This document shows, in pieces, positions 42,813-56,072 of a stretch of DNA of 64,000 bases. The position numbers and the translations under genes are program-made. Position 1 is the stretch's first letter. Every line of letters begins with the position of its first letter. The notes beneath the pieces are model-generated. The model worked only from the letters and a program-made list of their open reading frames with translations. It was not told the origin of the DNA and searched no databases. This DNA comes from the human T2T-CHM13v2.0 reference genome, Homo sapiens, in the NCBI RefSeq assembly GCF_009914755.1, contig NC_060931.1. One strand, written 5' to 3'.

Positions 42813-44514
42813 AGTGTGATGAGGCTCACTAGACTGAACTCCAGAACAACCTCCGTCCTTACCCCATAACAGAACCCTGCAGAAGGCACTGAAAAGATCT
42901 TTTGAATATTCAGCTTCTTCGACTGTGAGGTGAATAGTGGGTAGATGAAAGGGGTCTGTGCTATAAATGGTGAGATGTTCTTTCCTACTTCCCAGGGATT
43001 TTAAGTGGTGTAGATGAGGAGGCACATGGGCACACCTCACTGTATTGAGCCTCGCTGTACTGCACTTCACAAATGCTGCAATTTTACACATTGGAGGTTT
43101 GTGGCAACGCTGCATGGAGCAAGTCTACTGGAGCCACTTTTCCAACAGTGTGTGCTCATTTCATGTCTGTGTGTCACAATTAGGTAATTCTCACAATATT
43201 TCAGACCTTTTCATTATTATTATATCTGTTATGGGGATCTGCAATCAGTCACTCTTGAAGTTACTATTGTGATTCTTTTGAGGCTTCACATGCCGTGCCA
43301 ATATATGATGGCAAACGTAATCCATAAATGCTGTGTATGTTCTCACTGCTCCACTGACCAGCCATTTCCTGTCTCTCTTCCTCTCCTTGGGCCTCCCTGT
43401 TCCCTGAGACACAATAATATTGAAATTAGGGCAATTAATAACCCTCCAGTGGTCACTAAGTGTTCCAAGTAAAAGGAAGAGTCACATATCTCACTTTAAA
43501 TCAAAAGCTAGGATGATAAAGCTTAGTGAGGAAGGCAAGTAGAAAGCTGAGATGGACCAAAAGCTAGGATGATAAAGCTTAGTGAGGAAGGCATGTAGAA
43601 AGCTGAGATGGACCAAAAGCTAGATCTCTTGCAGCAAACAGCTAGCCAAGTTGTGAATGCAAAGGAATATGTCTTGAAGGGAATTTAAAAAGTGCTACTC
43701 CAGTGAACACACGAGTGATGAGAAAGTGAAATAGCTTTCTTGCTGATAGGGAGACAATTTTAGTGTCTAGATAAAAGATCAAACTAGCCATAACATCCTC
43801 TTAAGCCAAAACTTAATCTAGAACAAATCCCTAACTCTCTTCAATTCTGTGGAGGCTGAGAGAGGTGAGGGGGGTGTAGAAGAAAAGTTGGAAGGTAACA
43901 TAGGGTTGGTTCATGAGGTTTAAGGAAAAAAGCCATCTCCAGAACATAAAAGTGGAAGGTGAGGCAGCAAGTGCTGATGGAGCAGCTGCAGCAAGTTATC
44001 CAGAAGATCTAGCTACAATCACTGATGAAGGTGGCTGCACTAAACAATACATTTTGAATGTCAATAAAACAGCCTTCTGCTGGAAAAATATGCTGTCTAG
44101 AACTTTCCTAGCTAGAGAGAAGTCAAGGCCTGGCTTCAAAGCTTTAAAAGGCAGGCGGACTCTCTTGTCAGGAGATAATGTAGCTGGTTACTTTAAGTTA
44201 AAGCCAATGCTCATGTGCTATTTCAAGAATCCTAGGACCCTTAAAATTATGCTAAATTAACACTGCCTGTGCTCTAGAAATGAAACAACAAAACCTAAAT
44301 GAGAGCACATTCGTTTACAACATAATTTACTGAATATTTTAAGCCCACTGGTGAGACCTACTGCTTAGAAGAAAAGTTTCCTTTAAAAATATACTGCTCA
44401 TTGACGATAGACCTAGTCAGCCAAGAACTCCGCTGGAGATGAATATTGTTTTCATGCCTGCTAACACAACATCTACTCTGCAGTCCATGGATCACAGAGT
44501 GATTTTTGACTTTC

Positions 44515-46683
<2,169 letters not shown>

Positions 46684-47331
46684 ATTTTGACTTTCAAGTC
46701 TTATTATTTGAGAAGTATATTTCATAAGGCTATAGCTGCCATAGATAGTGATTCCTCCATGGATCTGGTTGGGCAAAGTAAATTGGAAACCTTCTGGAAA
46801 AGATTTCTAGGTGCAATTAGGAACATTTGTAATTCATGGGAAGAGGTTTAAAAAAACCCAGCATTACCAGGAGCTTGGAAGAAGTTGATTCCAACACTCA
46901 TGTATGAGTGGTCCAACACTCATGTTTGAGGGGTTCAAGACGTCGGTAAAGGAAATAACTGCAGATGTGATGGAAATGGCAAGAGAATTAGAATGAGAAG
47001 TGGAGCCTGAAGATGTGATTGAATTGTTGCAATGTCATGATAAAACTTGAATGGATGAGAAGTTGCTTCTTAGGAAGAAGCAAAGAAAGTGGCTCCCTGA
47101 GATGGAATCTACTCCTGGTGAAGATTCTGGGAACATTGTGGAAATGACAACACGGGATTTAGAATATTATATTAACTTAGTTGATAAAGCAGTGGCAGGG
47201 TTTGAGAGGATTGACTTCAATTTCAAAATAAGTTCTACTGTGAGTAAAATGCTATCAGACAGCATCACGTGCTGCAGAGAAATCTTTCACGAAAGTGTAA
47301 AAATCAATCAATGTGGCAAGCTACGTTGCTG

Positions 47332-47333
<2 letters not shown>

Positions 47334-47362
<29 letters not shown>

Positions 47363-47645
47363 GAGGCTGAGTCTTGCTCTGTCACCCAGGCTAGAGTGCA
47401 GTGGTACGATCTTGGCTCACTGCAACCTCTGCCTCCCAGGGTTCAAGTGACTCTCGTGCCTCAGCCTCCTGCATAGCTGGGATTACAGGCACCCACCACC
47501 ACATCCGGCTAATTTTTGTATTTTTAGTTGAGATGGGGTTTCACCATGTTGGCCAGGCTGGTCTCGAATTCCTGACTTCAACTGATCCACCTGTCTCAGC
47601 CTCCCAAAATGCTGGGATTACAGGCATGAGCCACCATGCCTGGAC
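47334..47645 (-). mobile_element. AluS inside Tigger1
   Basis: Long poly(T) followed by a reverse Alu dimer. Confidence 0.95.
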
Positions 47646-49869
47646 TTTTGTCTTATTTTTTAAAATTGCCACGGTCACCCCACCCCACCACCCTGATCAG
47701 TCAGCAGCCATCAACATTGAGCAAGACCCTCCACCAGAAAAAAGATTACAACTCTCTGAAGTCTCAGCTAATAGCATTTTTAGCAAGAAATTATTTTAAA
47801 ATTAAGGTGTACACATTGTGTTTTAGACATAATGCTATTGCAAACTTAATAGACTAAAGTATAATGTAAACATAACTTTTATATACATTGGAAACCAAGA
47901 AATGCACGTGACTTGCCTTATTGCAATATTCACTGTAGTGTGGTGGTCAGGAACTGAACCTGCAATATCCCTGAAGTATGCTTGTACACTGTTTGGGAAG
48001 CCAAACATTTCCACGTTAATATATTTAATTTGTCATTGTTTCATTTCTGCTGAAAGCAGAGAGAATTTCCTGGAAGGTTGTTACAAAATGTTTATGGGTA
48101 TTCATCTTAAACCCTGCAAGAAGTAATCTGCTGATGATATGAACCACCTATAATGTTGTTCCAGTACAATGGGATTAAGAAATAATCTCCAAATTAAACT
48201 TCATTACATAGTCTAATGTTTCTTCTTATTAATTTTTCAATTGAATAGTTGGGTTTATTAAAAATAAAAGAAAAATTGAGAATTATTTATCAGGCATCCT
48301 TCCAAGTGCTTCAAGCAATTATTAATTTTAAAAAGCTATTTAAATTATGAGAATGTATTTTTTTAAATCAGAAATGCCTATTCACCATCATCGCATAAAG
48401 CTTTAATGGTGAAATATTATGTGCTTTTCATTCCATTATTGCGCAAATGAATTATGTATAGAGATATAGCTGGTGCTTCTTTCCTTATTTACATTTATGA
48501 GTAGATCTCCATGCAGATAACGTGTTTGGTGAAGCAGGAAGGCAGAGGCCAGCTACACTCAACAGAAGGTGCCGTTTGAAGTCTGAGTTGGAATAATGGA
48601 GGAAGAATTTGACAACTGCAATGACGACACTTGACAAGTCTGGCTCCTGACAAAAAATACCGGCCACTAACAGTGCATATAATTCCAGTTAGCCACTACT
48701 GCTACAAAACAATGCCCATCTTGGGGCTGAACTGATCTTAGAAATAATCTTTCCAAACAGTCCAGATATCCAACACCTTCATTTTACAAATGAGATCGAG
48801 ATGTGTGGCCTCTTGCCTAAGGTCCCATAGCCCTGTCCCTTGTGTCTGTATCCTCTAACCCTGGCAATAGTGCGTGCTTAACTGCTACCCCTGGGCCTAT
48901 TTGAAAACTTGGCCTCTGGAGTTTATGATCGTGGCCTGGAGCAGAGCACAGAGCATCGTAAGGAACCCAGGATCCACCAGGCCTTCTGCAGCTGATCTCT
49001 GAGTCAGCCTTGCAGGGCCTGCCGCGTCTTCTGCTTGAGGGGCCTGGTGCTGGATTCTCACCTTGTCTCCTGACTCTGGCCCAAGTTCTTACGCATTAGT
49101 CTATCCACTCCTGGCAGGTCTCTGCAGAGCCAATGGCTTGGGAAACTGGCTGGCCACTTGCTCTGACTCTGTAGGACCCAGGGCTGCCCTGGCCTCTGCT
49201 TATCATCCTGAAGCCCTTTCTGTGCCCACGCCTGGTTTTAGTGCCCGGTGACCTAACTCCACATGGCTGAGCCAAAATTGATGGTCCTCGGTGTGACTGC
49301 CTGTTCAGTTGGATTCGTCCTCTGAACCTCCCAAGCCTTCCTGCTACCGGGTGGATCCCTGCCGCGTGCCTGGTTGGTGTTCTTTCTGCTTCCTGAACCA
49401 TGTCTGCAGGGAAAGCTGCTGCTGGCTTTTACACTCGCCTTAGCGTGGCTATCTTTGTCCCCCTGAGGTTTGTTCTGACTGCCCCCAAAACCCATCCTTT
49501 AGCATCCTAATCTACTCCCCATGTGTAGGGAGTAGATTCATCAGTCCATGGCTTTGCCCTCCAATCTCCCTTCACCTTTTGGGTTTGATAGATGTGTGGC
49601 GCTTGTGGACAGTGCTCTCATCCACTGAGTGGACTGCGCTGCGGTTTCCGGGAGGGTGGCTGCACAGTGGACTCATGCGAAGGGGAAGGCAGCCTTTCCT
49701 TCTGCCCTGCGTGTCCCCATCCTTTCTGTCACACAGAAAAGTTTAGCAGAGAGCACTCCGAAATGCTTTCCCTCCTTTCCTGACGTGTCCCAGGCCTTTC
49801 TGGTGTGTTTGCATTCCTTGTTCTGTCCCCGCTCTTCTCTGTTTGAAGGTTCTGTCCTTTGAAACCCCG

Positions 49870-50240
49870 GTTTCCTGGGTTTTGTTGCCAGCTGGTTTCT
49901 GGCTTGATTCAGCCAGTGGGAGACTCGTGCCAGGGAACATCCCCGTCTCTCTGTTACAGGCAGGGTCTCTGGCAGTGGCTCCTCCTACCACAGGTTCCCA
50001 CTCCGGCCAGGCAGTGCCTCCCTCCATGACCCCAGTGTTAAGGTACTAAGCCTCCCACTAAGGTCCCAGCTCCCAAGACACGCACACTCTGCTTGAGGGG
50101 TGTCATCACGGTCTCCTCCCTGTGCACCCACAGCCCAGGGGTGGCTGCGGCCTTGCTATTGCTCATTTCTGGGCTGCTGTGCTATGTCCTGTTGGGTCTG
50201 ACTTCATTAATTGTTAGTTGTGTCCTCAATTTAATAGCAG
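49870..50240 (+). mobile_element. LTR33-like ERVL LTR fragment
   Basis: tcctccctgtgcacccacagcccaggggtggctgcggccttgctattgctcatttctgggctgc resembles LTR33. Confidence 0.5.
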
Positions 50241-50242
50241 CT

Positions 50243-53200
50243 TGTGATGGTTAATACTGAGTGTCAACTTGATTGGATTGAAGGATGCAAAGTATTGATG
50301 CTGGGTGTGTCTATGAGGGTGTTGTCAAAAGAGATTAACATTTGAGTCAGTGGGCTGGAGAAGGCAGACCCACTCTGCGTTCTCTAGCCCACTGGTGGGC
50401 ACAATCTAATCAGCTGCCAGCGAATATAAAGCAGACAGAAAAACATGACAAAGCGAGACTGACCTAGCCTCCCAGCCTCCATCTTTCTCCCATGCTGGAT
50501 GCTTCCTGCCCTCAAACCTCAGACTCCAGGTCCTTCAGTTTTGATACTCAGACTGGCTGTCCTTGCTCCTTAAGCTTGCAGACAGCCTATTGTGGGAGCT
50601 TGTGATCATGTAAGTTTATACTTAATAAACTCATATATATGTATTTTTTCTGCATTTCTTACACTTACCTGACTACAGCTACATTTTATGTGATATCTAT
50701 CAATAAAATTAGACGTGACTGGTGTGACTTCACAAGCTGTAAGTTTCTAAATGAGTGGGATTTTACACTGCTACATTTGTGATAATTTTTTATGCAGTGA
50801 TAAAATACATTATATATAATATGTATAATGTATATTATATATGTATATGTTATACATTATATAGTATATATTATATATATACATTATATATTATATAATG
50901 TATATATGTATACATATATAATACATATTATAATTATATATGTAATTATATTATATAATGCATATATTATATATCATATATGATATATATTTTATATATA
51001 TTATATATACACACATACACATCCTATTAGTTCTATACCTCTAAGGAACCCTATTATAGATAATATACATATTATATGTATATATTATCTATTATGTATA
51101 TATAATATATACATATTATCTATTATGTATATATAATATATACATATTATATATTATGTATATATTATACATATATAATATGTATATATGATATATTATA
51201 TAATGTATATATTATATATAATATATGAGATATATATTATATATAATATATGAGATATATATTTTATATATATGAGATATATATTTTATATATAATATAT
51301 GAGATATATATTTTATATATAATATATGAGATATATATTTTATATATAATATATGAGATATATATTTTATATATAATATATGATATATATTTTATATATA
51401 ATATATGATATATATTTTATATATAATATATGAGATATATATTTTATATATAATATATGAGATATATATTTTATATATAATATATAAAATATATGAGATA
51501 TACATTTTATATAATATATATAAAATATGAGATATATATTTTATATATATTATATATAATATATGATATATATTTTATATATAATATATGAGATATATAT
51601 TTTATATAAGTTATATATATGAGATATATTTTATATATATTATATATAATATATCAGATATATATTATATATATATATTATATATATACACACACACACA
51701 CATACACATCCTATTAGTTCTATACCTCTAAGGAACCCTATTATAGATAATATACATATTATATGTATATATGATCTATTATGTATATATAATATATACA
51801 TATGATCTACTATGTATATATAATATATACATATGATCTACTATGTATATATAATATATACATATGATCTACTATGTATATATAATATATACATATGATC
51901 TATTATGTATATATAATATATACATATGATCTATTATGTATATATAATATATACATATGATCTATTATGTATATATAATATATACATATGATCTATTATG
52001 TATATATAATATATACATATGATCTATTATGTATATATAATATATACATATGATCTATTATGTATATATAATATATACATATGATCTATTATGTATATAT
52101 AATATATACATATGATCTATTATGTATATATAATATATACATATGATCTATTATGTATATATTATACATATATAATATGTATATATGATATATTATATAA
52201 TGTATATATTATATATAATCTATGAGATATATATTATATATTATATATAATCTATGAGATATATATTATATATTATATATAATCTATGAGATATATATTA
52301 TATATTATATATAATCTATGAGATATATATTTTATATATAATCTATGAGATATATATTTTATATATAATATATGAGATATATATTTTATATATAATATAG
52401 AAAATATGAGATATATATTTTATATAATATATATAAAATATATGAGATATATATTTTATATAATATATATATAAAATATATGAGATATATATTTTATATA
52501 TATTATATATAATATATATTTTATATATATTATATATAATATATGATATATATTATATATAATATATGATATATATTTTATATATATTATATATAATATA
52601 TGATATATATTTTATATATATTATATATAATATATGATATATATTTTATATATATTATATATAATATATGATATATATTTTATATATATTATATATAATA
52701 TATGATATATATTTTATATATATTATATATAATATATGATATATATTTTATATATATTATATATAATATATGATATATATTTTATATATATTATATATAA
52801 TATATGATATATATTGTATATATATTATATATAATATATGATATATATTGTATATATATTATATATAATATATGATATATATTGTATATATATTATATAT
52901 AATATATGATATATATTGTATATATATTATATATAATATATGATATATATTGTATATATATTATATATAATATATGATATATATTGTATATATATTATAT
53001 ATAATATATGATATATATTGTATATATATTATATATAATATATGATATATATTGTATATATATTATATATAATATATGATATATATTGTATATATATTAT
53101 ATATAATATATGATATATATTGTATATATATTATATATAATATATGATATATATTGTATATATATTATATATAATATATGATATATATTGTATATATATT

Positions 53201-53756
53201 ATATATAATATATGATATATATTGTATATATATTATATATAATATATGATATATATTGTATATATATTATATATAATATATGATATATATTGTATATATA
53301 TTATATATAATATATGATATATATTGTATATATATTATATATAATATATGATATATATTGTATATATATTATATATAATATATGATATATATTGTATATA
53401 TATTATATATAATATATGATATATATTGTATATATATTATATATAATATATGATATATATTGTATATATATTATATATAATATATGATATATATTGTATA
53501 TATATTATATATAATATATGATATATATTGTATATATATTATATATAATATATGATATATATTTTATTTATATATTATATATAATATATGAGATATATAT
53601 TTTATTTATATATTATATATAATATATGAGATATATATTTTATATATATATTATATATAATATATGAGATATATATTTTATATATATATTATATATATAC
53701 ACACACACACACATACACATCCTATTAGTTCTATACCTCTAAGGAACCCTAACACA
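50243..53756 (+). mobile_element. MLT2A solo LTR distended by an AT-rich expansion
   Basis: Starts tgtgatggttaatactgagtgtcaacttg and ends ...aaccctaacaca; TSD cagct/cagcc. Confidence 0.92.
50805..53700. repeat. AT-rich compound VNTR: 31-bp unit x about 13 (51771-52160), 34-bp unit x about 29 (52563-53560), plus 25-27-bp arrays
   Basis: Units atgatctattatgtatatataatatatacat and tatatgatatatatt[t/g]tatatatattatatataa read directly. Confidence 0.97.
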
Positions 53757-54259
53757 CAGCCTTTGGGGATAAATGAAGTCACACACACATCTGCAATGCA
53801 TAAATCAGCTTAAACATGAAACTGCTTCAGAAATACTAAAATGTAAAGAATGGTACACTTTACAATAGCATTATTATTATCCCCCCTTTAGAAGTGTAAT
53901 GCACATAGTTACAGGAATTCTCAGGGAATTTAGTCTTATTCTCATTTAGCTTTTTTATTCTGCATTTCTTACACTTACCTGACTGCAGCTGCATTTGTGT
54001 GTGGTATCTATCAATAACCAATAGAAAGATGTTTCTGGTAATAAATACTGAGAAATATTGTCAACATATTAAAAACACATGGCTGAAAATAAGACCTCAC
54101 ATAGCCCATCCGTTTTTTGCTTCTGTCTTTCTCTTTCTGACAACCTACGGCTGAGTTTTGAACCTTCAGTGGAGAGCAGTTTTCTCTCTGCTTTTCAATG
54201 GAGGAGAATTCTCTTTTTCTTGTTTCGTAGAGCCATAGACTGTTGGGTCTACGAGGGAC

Positions 54260-54831
54260 TGTGGTGAGCGCAATTCTGAGATTGCTCGCAAGAATCCAGG
54301 CCTCGGGTGAGCACACACCTTCTTCCATTTACTGAAACACTAACCTATCTGCTGTTGTGAAAATATTTTGCAGAGGTAATTAATGTCTCAAATTAGTTGA
54401 CCTTAAAATAAGAAGAGTAGGTGGGTCTGACCTAACTGGGTGAACCTTAAATGGGAAAGGACTCTTTTGGAGCATGAGATTCAAAGTATGAGGGGCATTT
54501 GATGCATGAAAAATTCTCCTTTCCTGGCTTTGGAGAAGGAGGGGGCCGTGTGGCAAGCCAAAGTGACCCCCACTGACAATCAGCCAGGAAGTGGGACTGC
54601 AGTCCTGCAACCACCAGGAACTGACTTTTGTCACAACCGTTTGAAACGAGATGAGAATGCTGTCTGGTGGACATCCCTATTTTGGTTTTGTGAGACCCTG
54701 AGTAGAGACTTTGGCCACAATCACAACACGATTGGACTTCTGACCTCCAGAGCTGTAAGCTTCTAAATGGGTGTGGTTTTAAGCTGCTACATTTGTGATG
54801 ATTTTTTATGCAGTGACCGAAATCTAATACA
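54260..54831 (+). mobile_element. MLT1E-type solo LTR
   Basis: tgtggtgagcgcaattctgagat...acactaacct...gacttctgacctccagagctgtaag...ctaataca; TSD gggac/tggac. Confidence 0.8.
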
Positions 54832-55764
54832 TGGACATGTTTTTCTTTTTGCAGATGAGGAAGCTGGGGCCAGGGGAAGTGAAGAAATGCATCTTCCACT
54901 TTCTTAGTGACTCCCATGGGCACTATGCCCATGTCCAGTGGTGCGGCCATGGTGTGCATATGGGTCTCTTTCAAATGACAGTTATTTTTAAGGAAAGAAA
55001 ACACCTGGCTTTCAGTGAGAGTAATCAGATAAAGCTGCTTATGTTCACTGCAAACCTCCCCTGAGGTAATGAGTGGGAGGCCCTCAGTGGAAATGTCAGA
55101 AAGGCCAGCCCTTTATGCTTTATTTTCTTTATTCCCGGTCCAAAATTAGATGCAACTGGTGTGACTTCACAAGTGCTGTCCTCGGTCCCAAGCCGGGATG
55201 TGGCCACTGTTTGCCAGGGATCCTGCTGCAAGGGATTCCAAAGCTTGGCTCCCAGCCCAGATTCCCCTGCACTCCTGAGGCAGAGGCTCTGCAAGTCTTC
55301 TCCTTTCTCATTCCCGAGGCTGGGGCTTCATCCTTACAAAGTGTCCTTACAAACTCCTCCTTCCAAACCTGGCTTCTGATGAGAGGGTGCAGAGAGAAAT
55401 TGGGCTTTGGAGGTAAATGTATTCTTCTCTGTATTTCATTATCTCCTGGCACCTAGCACTAGAGCCAGCCTCGCTCAATGGGCATAAAAATAAACATTTA
55501 TATTTGACAGTTCATTGGTAAAATCTGAATCTTGACCTCAAGGTTTGCCTCTTTGCAACTGGTCAATCCAGGATAGAGTCAGAAAACCACAGGATGGGAT
55601 TTAGAGCATCTATGACCATTAACTCAGACTTGGGCTAATCTGAATAGGCAGTTCTTATCTAAAGGGAAACTCACACCACCATCATTCATTTACATTAAGC
55701 TGTCTCTCCAAACTCTATGACTGGTATATCCAGTCTACTAGGTCCTCTAGAAAATGCCTGAGCA

Positions 55765-56072
55765 GGCTGGGCATCGTGGCTTACACCAGTAATCCCAGCA
55801 CTTTGGGAGGCCAAGGAGGGAGGATCACTTGAGACCAAGAGTTCAAGACCAGCCTGGCCAACATGGTGAAACCCCATCTCTACTAAAAATACAAAAATTA
55901 GCCGGGTGCAATGGTGCATGCCTGTAATCCCAGCTACTCAGAAGGCTGAGGCAGGAGAATCGCTTGAACAGGGAGGCAAAGGTTGCAGTGAGTGAAGACT
56001 GCCCCAGTGCACTCCAGCCTCGGTGAGAGAGTGGGACTCTGTCTCAAATAATAAAATAAAATAAAGAAAAAA
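55765..56072 (+). mobile_element. AluS
   Basis: TSD agaaaatgc(c/t)tgagca. Confidence 0.96.

Noticed and set aside
43913-44260. Domesticated TIGD-like transposase gene
   Set aside because: Ordinary decayed Tigger1, interrupted by stops, an L1 and an Alu.
54231-54306. Plus-strand exon candidate (acceptor ttcttgtttcgtag; donors at 54264 and 54307)
   Set aside because: Both donors lie in the MLT1E LTR start, there are no partner exons, and such sites arise by chance; not excluded but unsupported.
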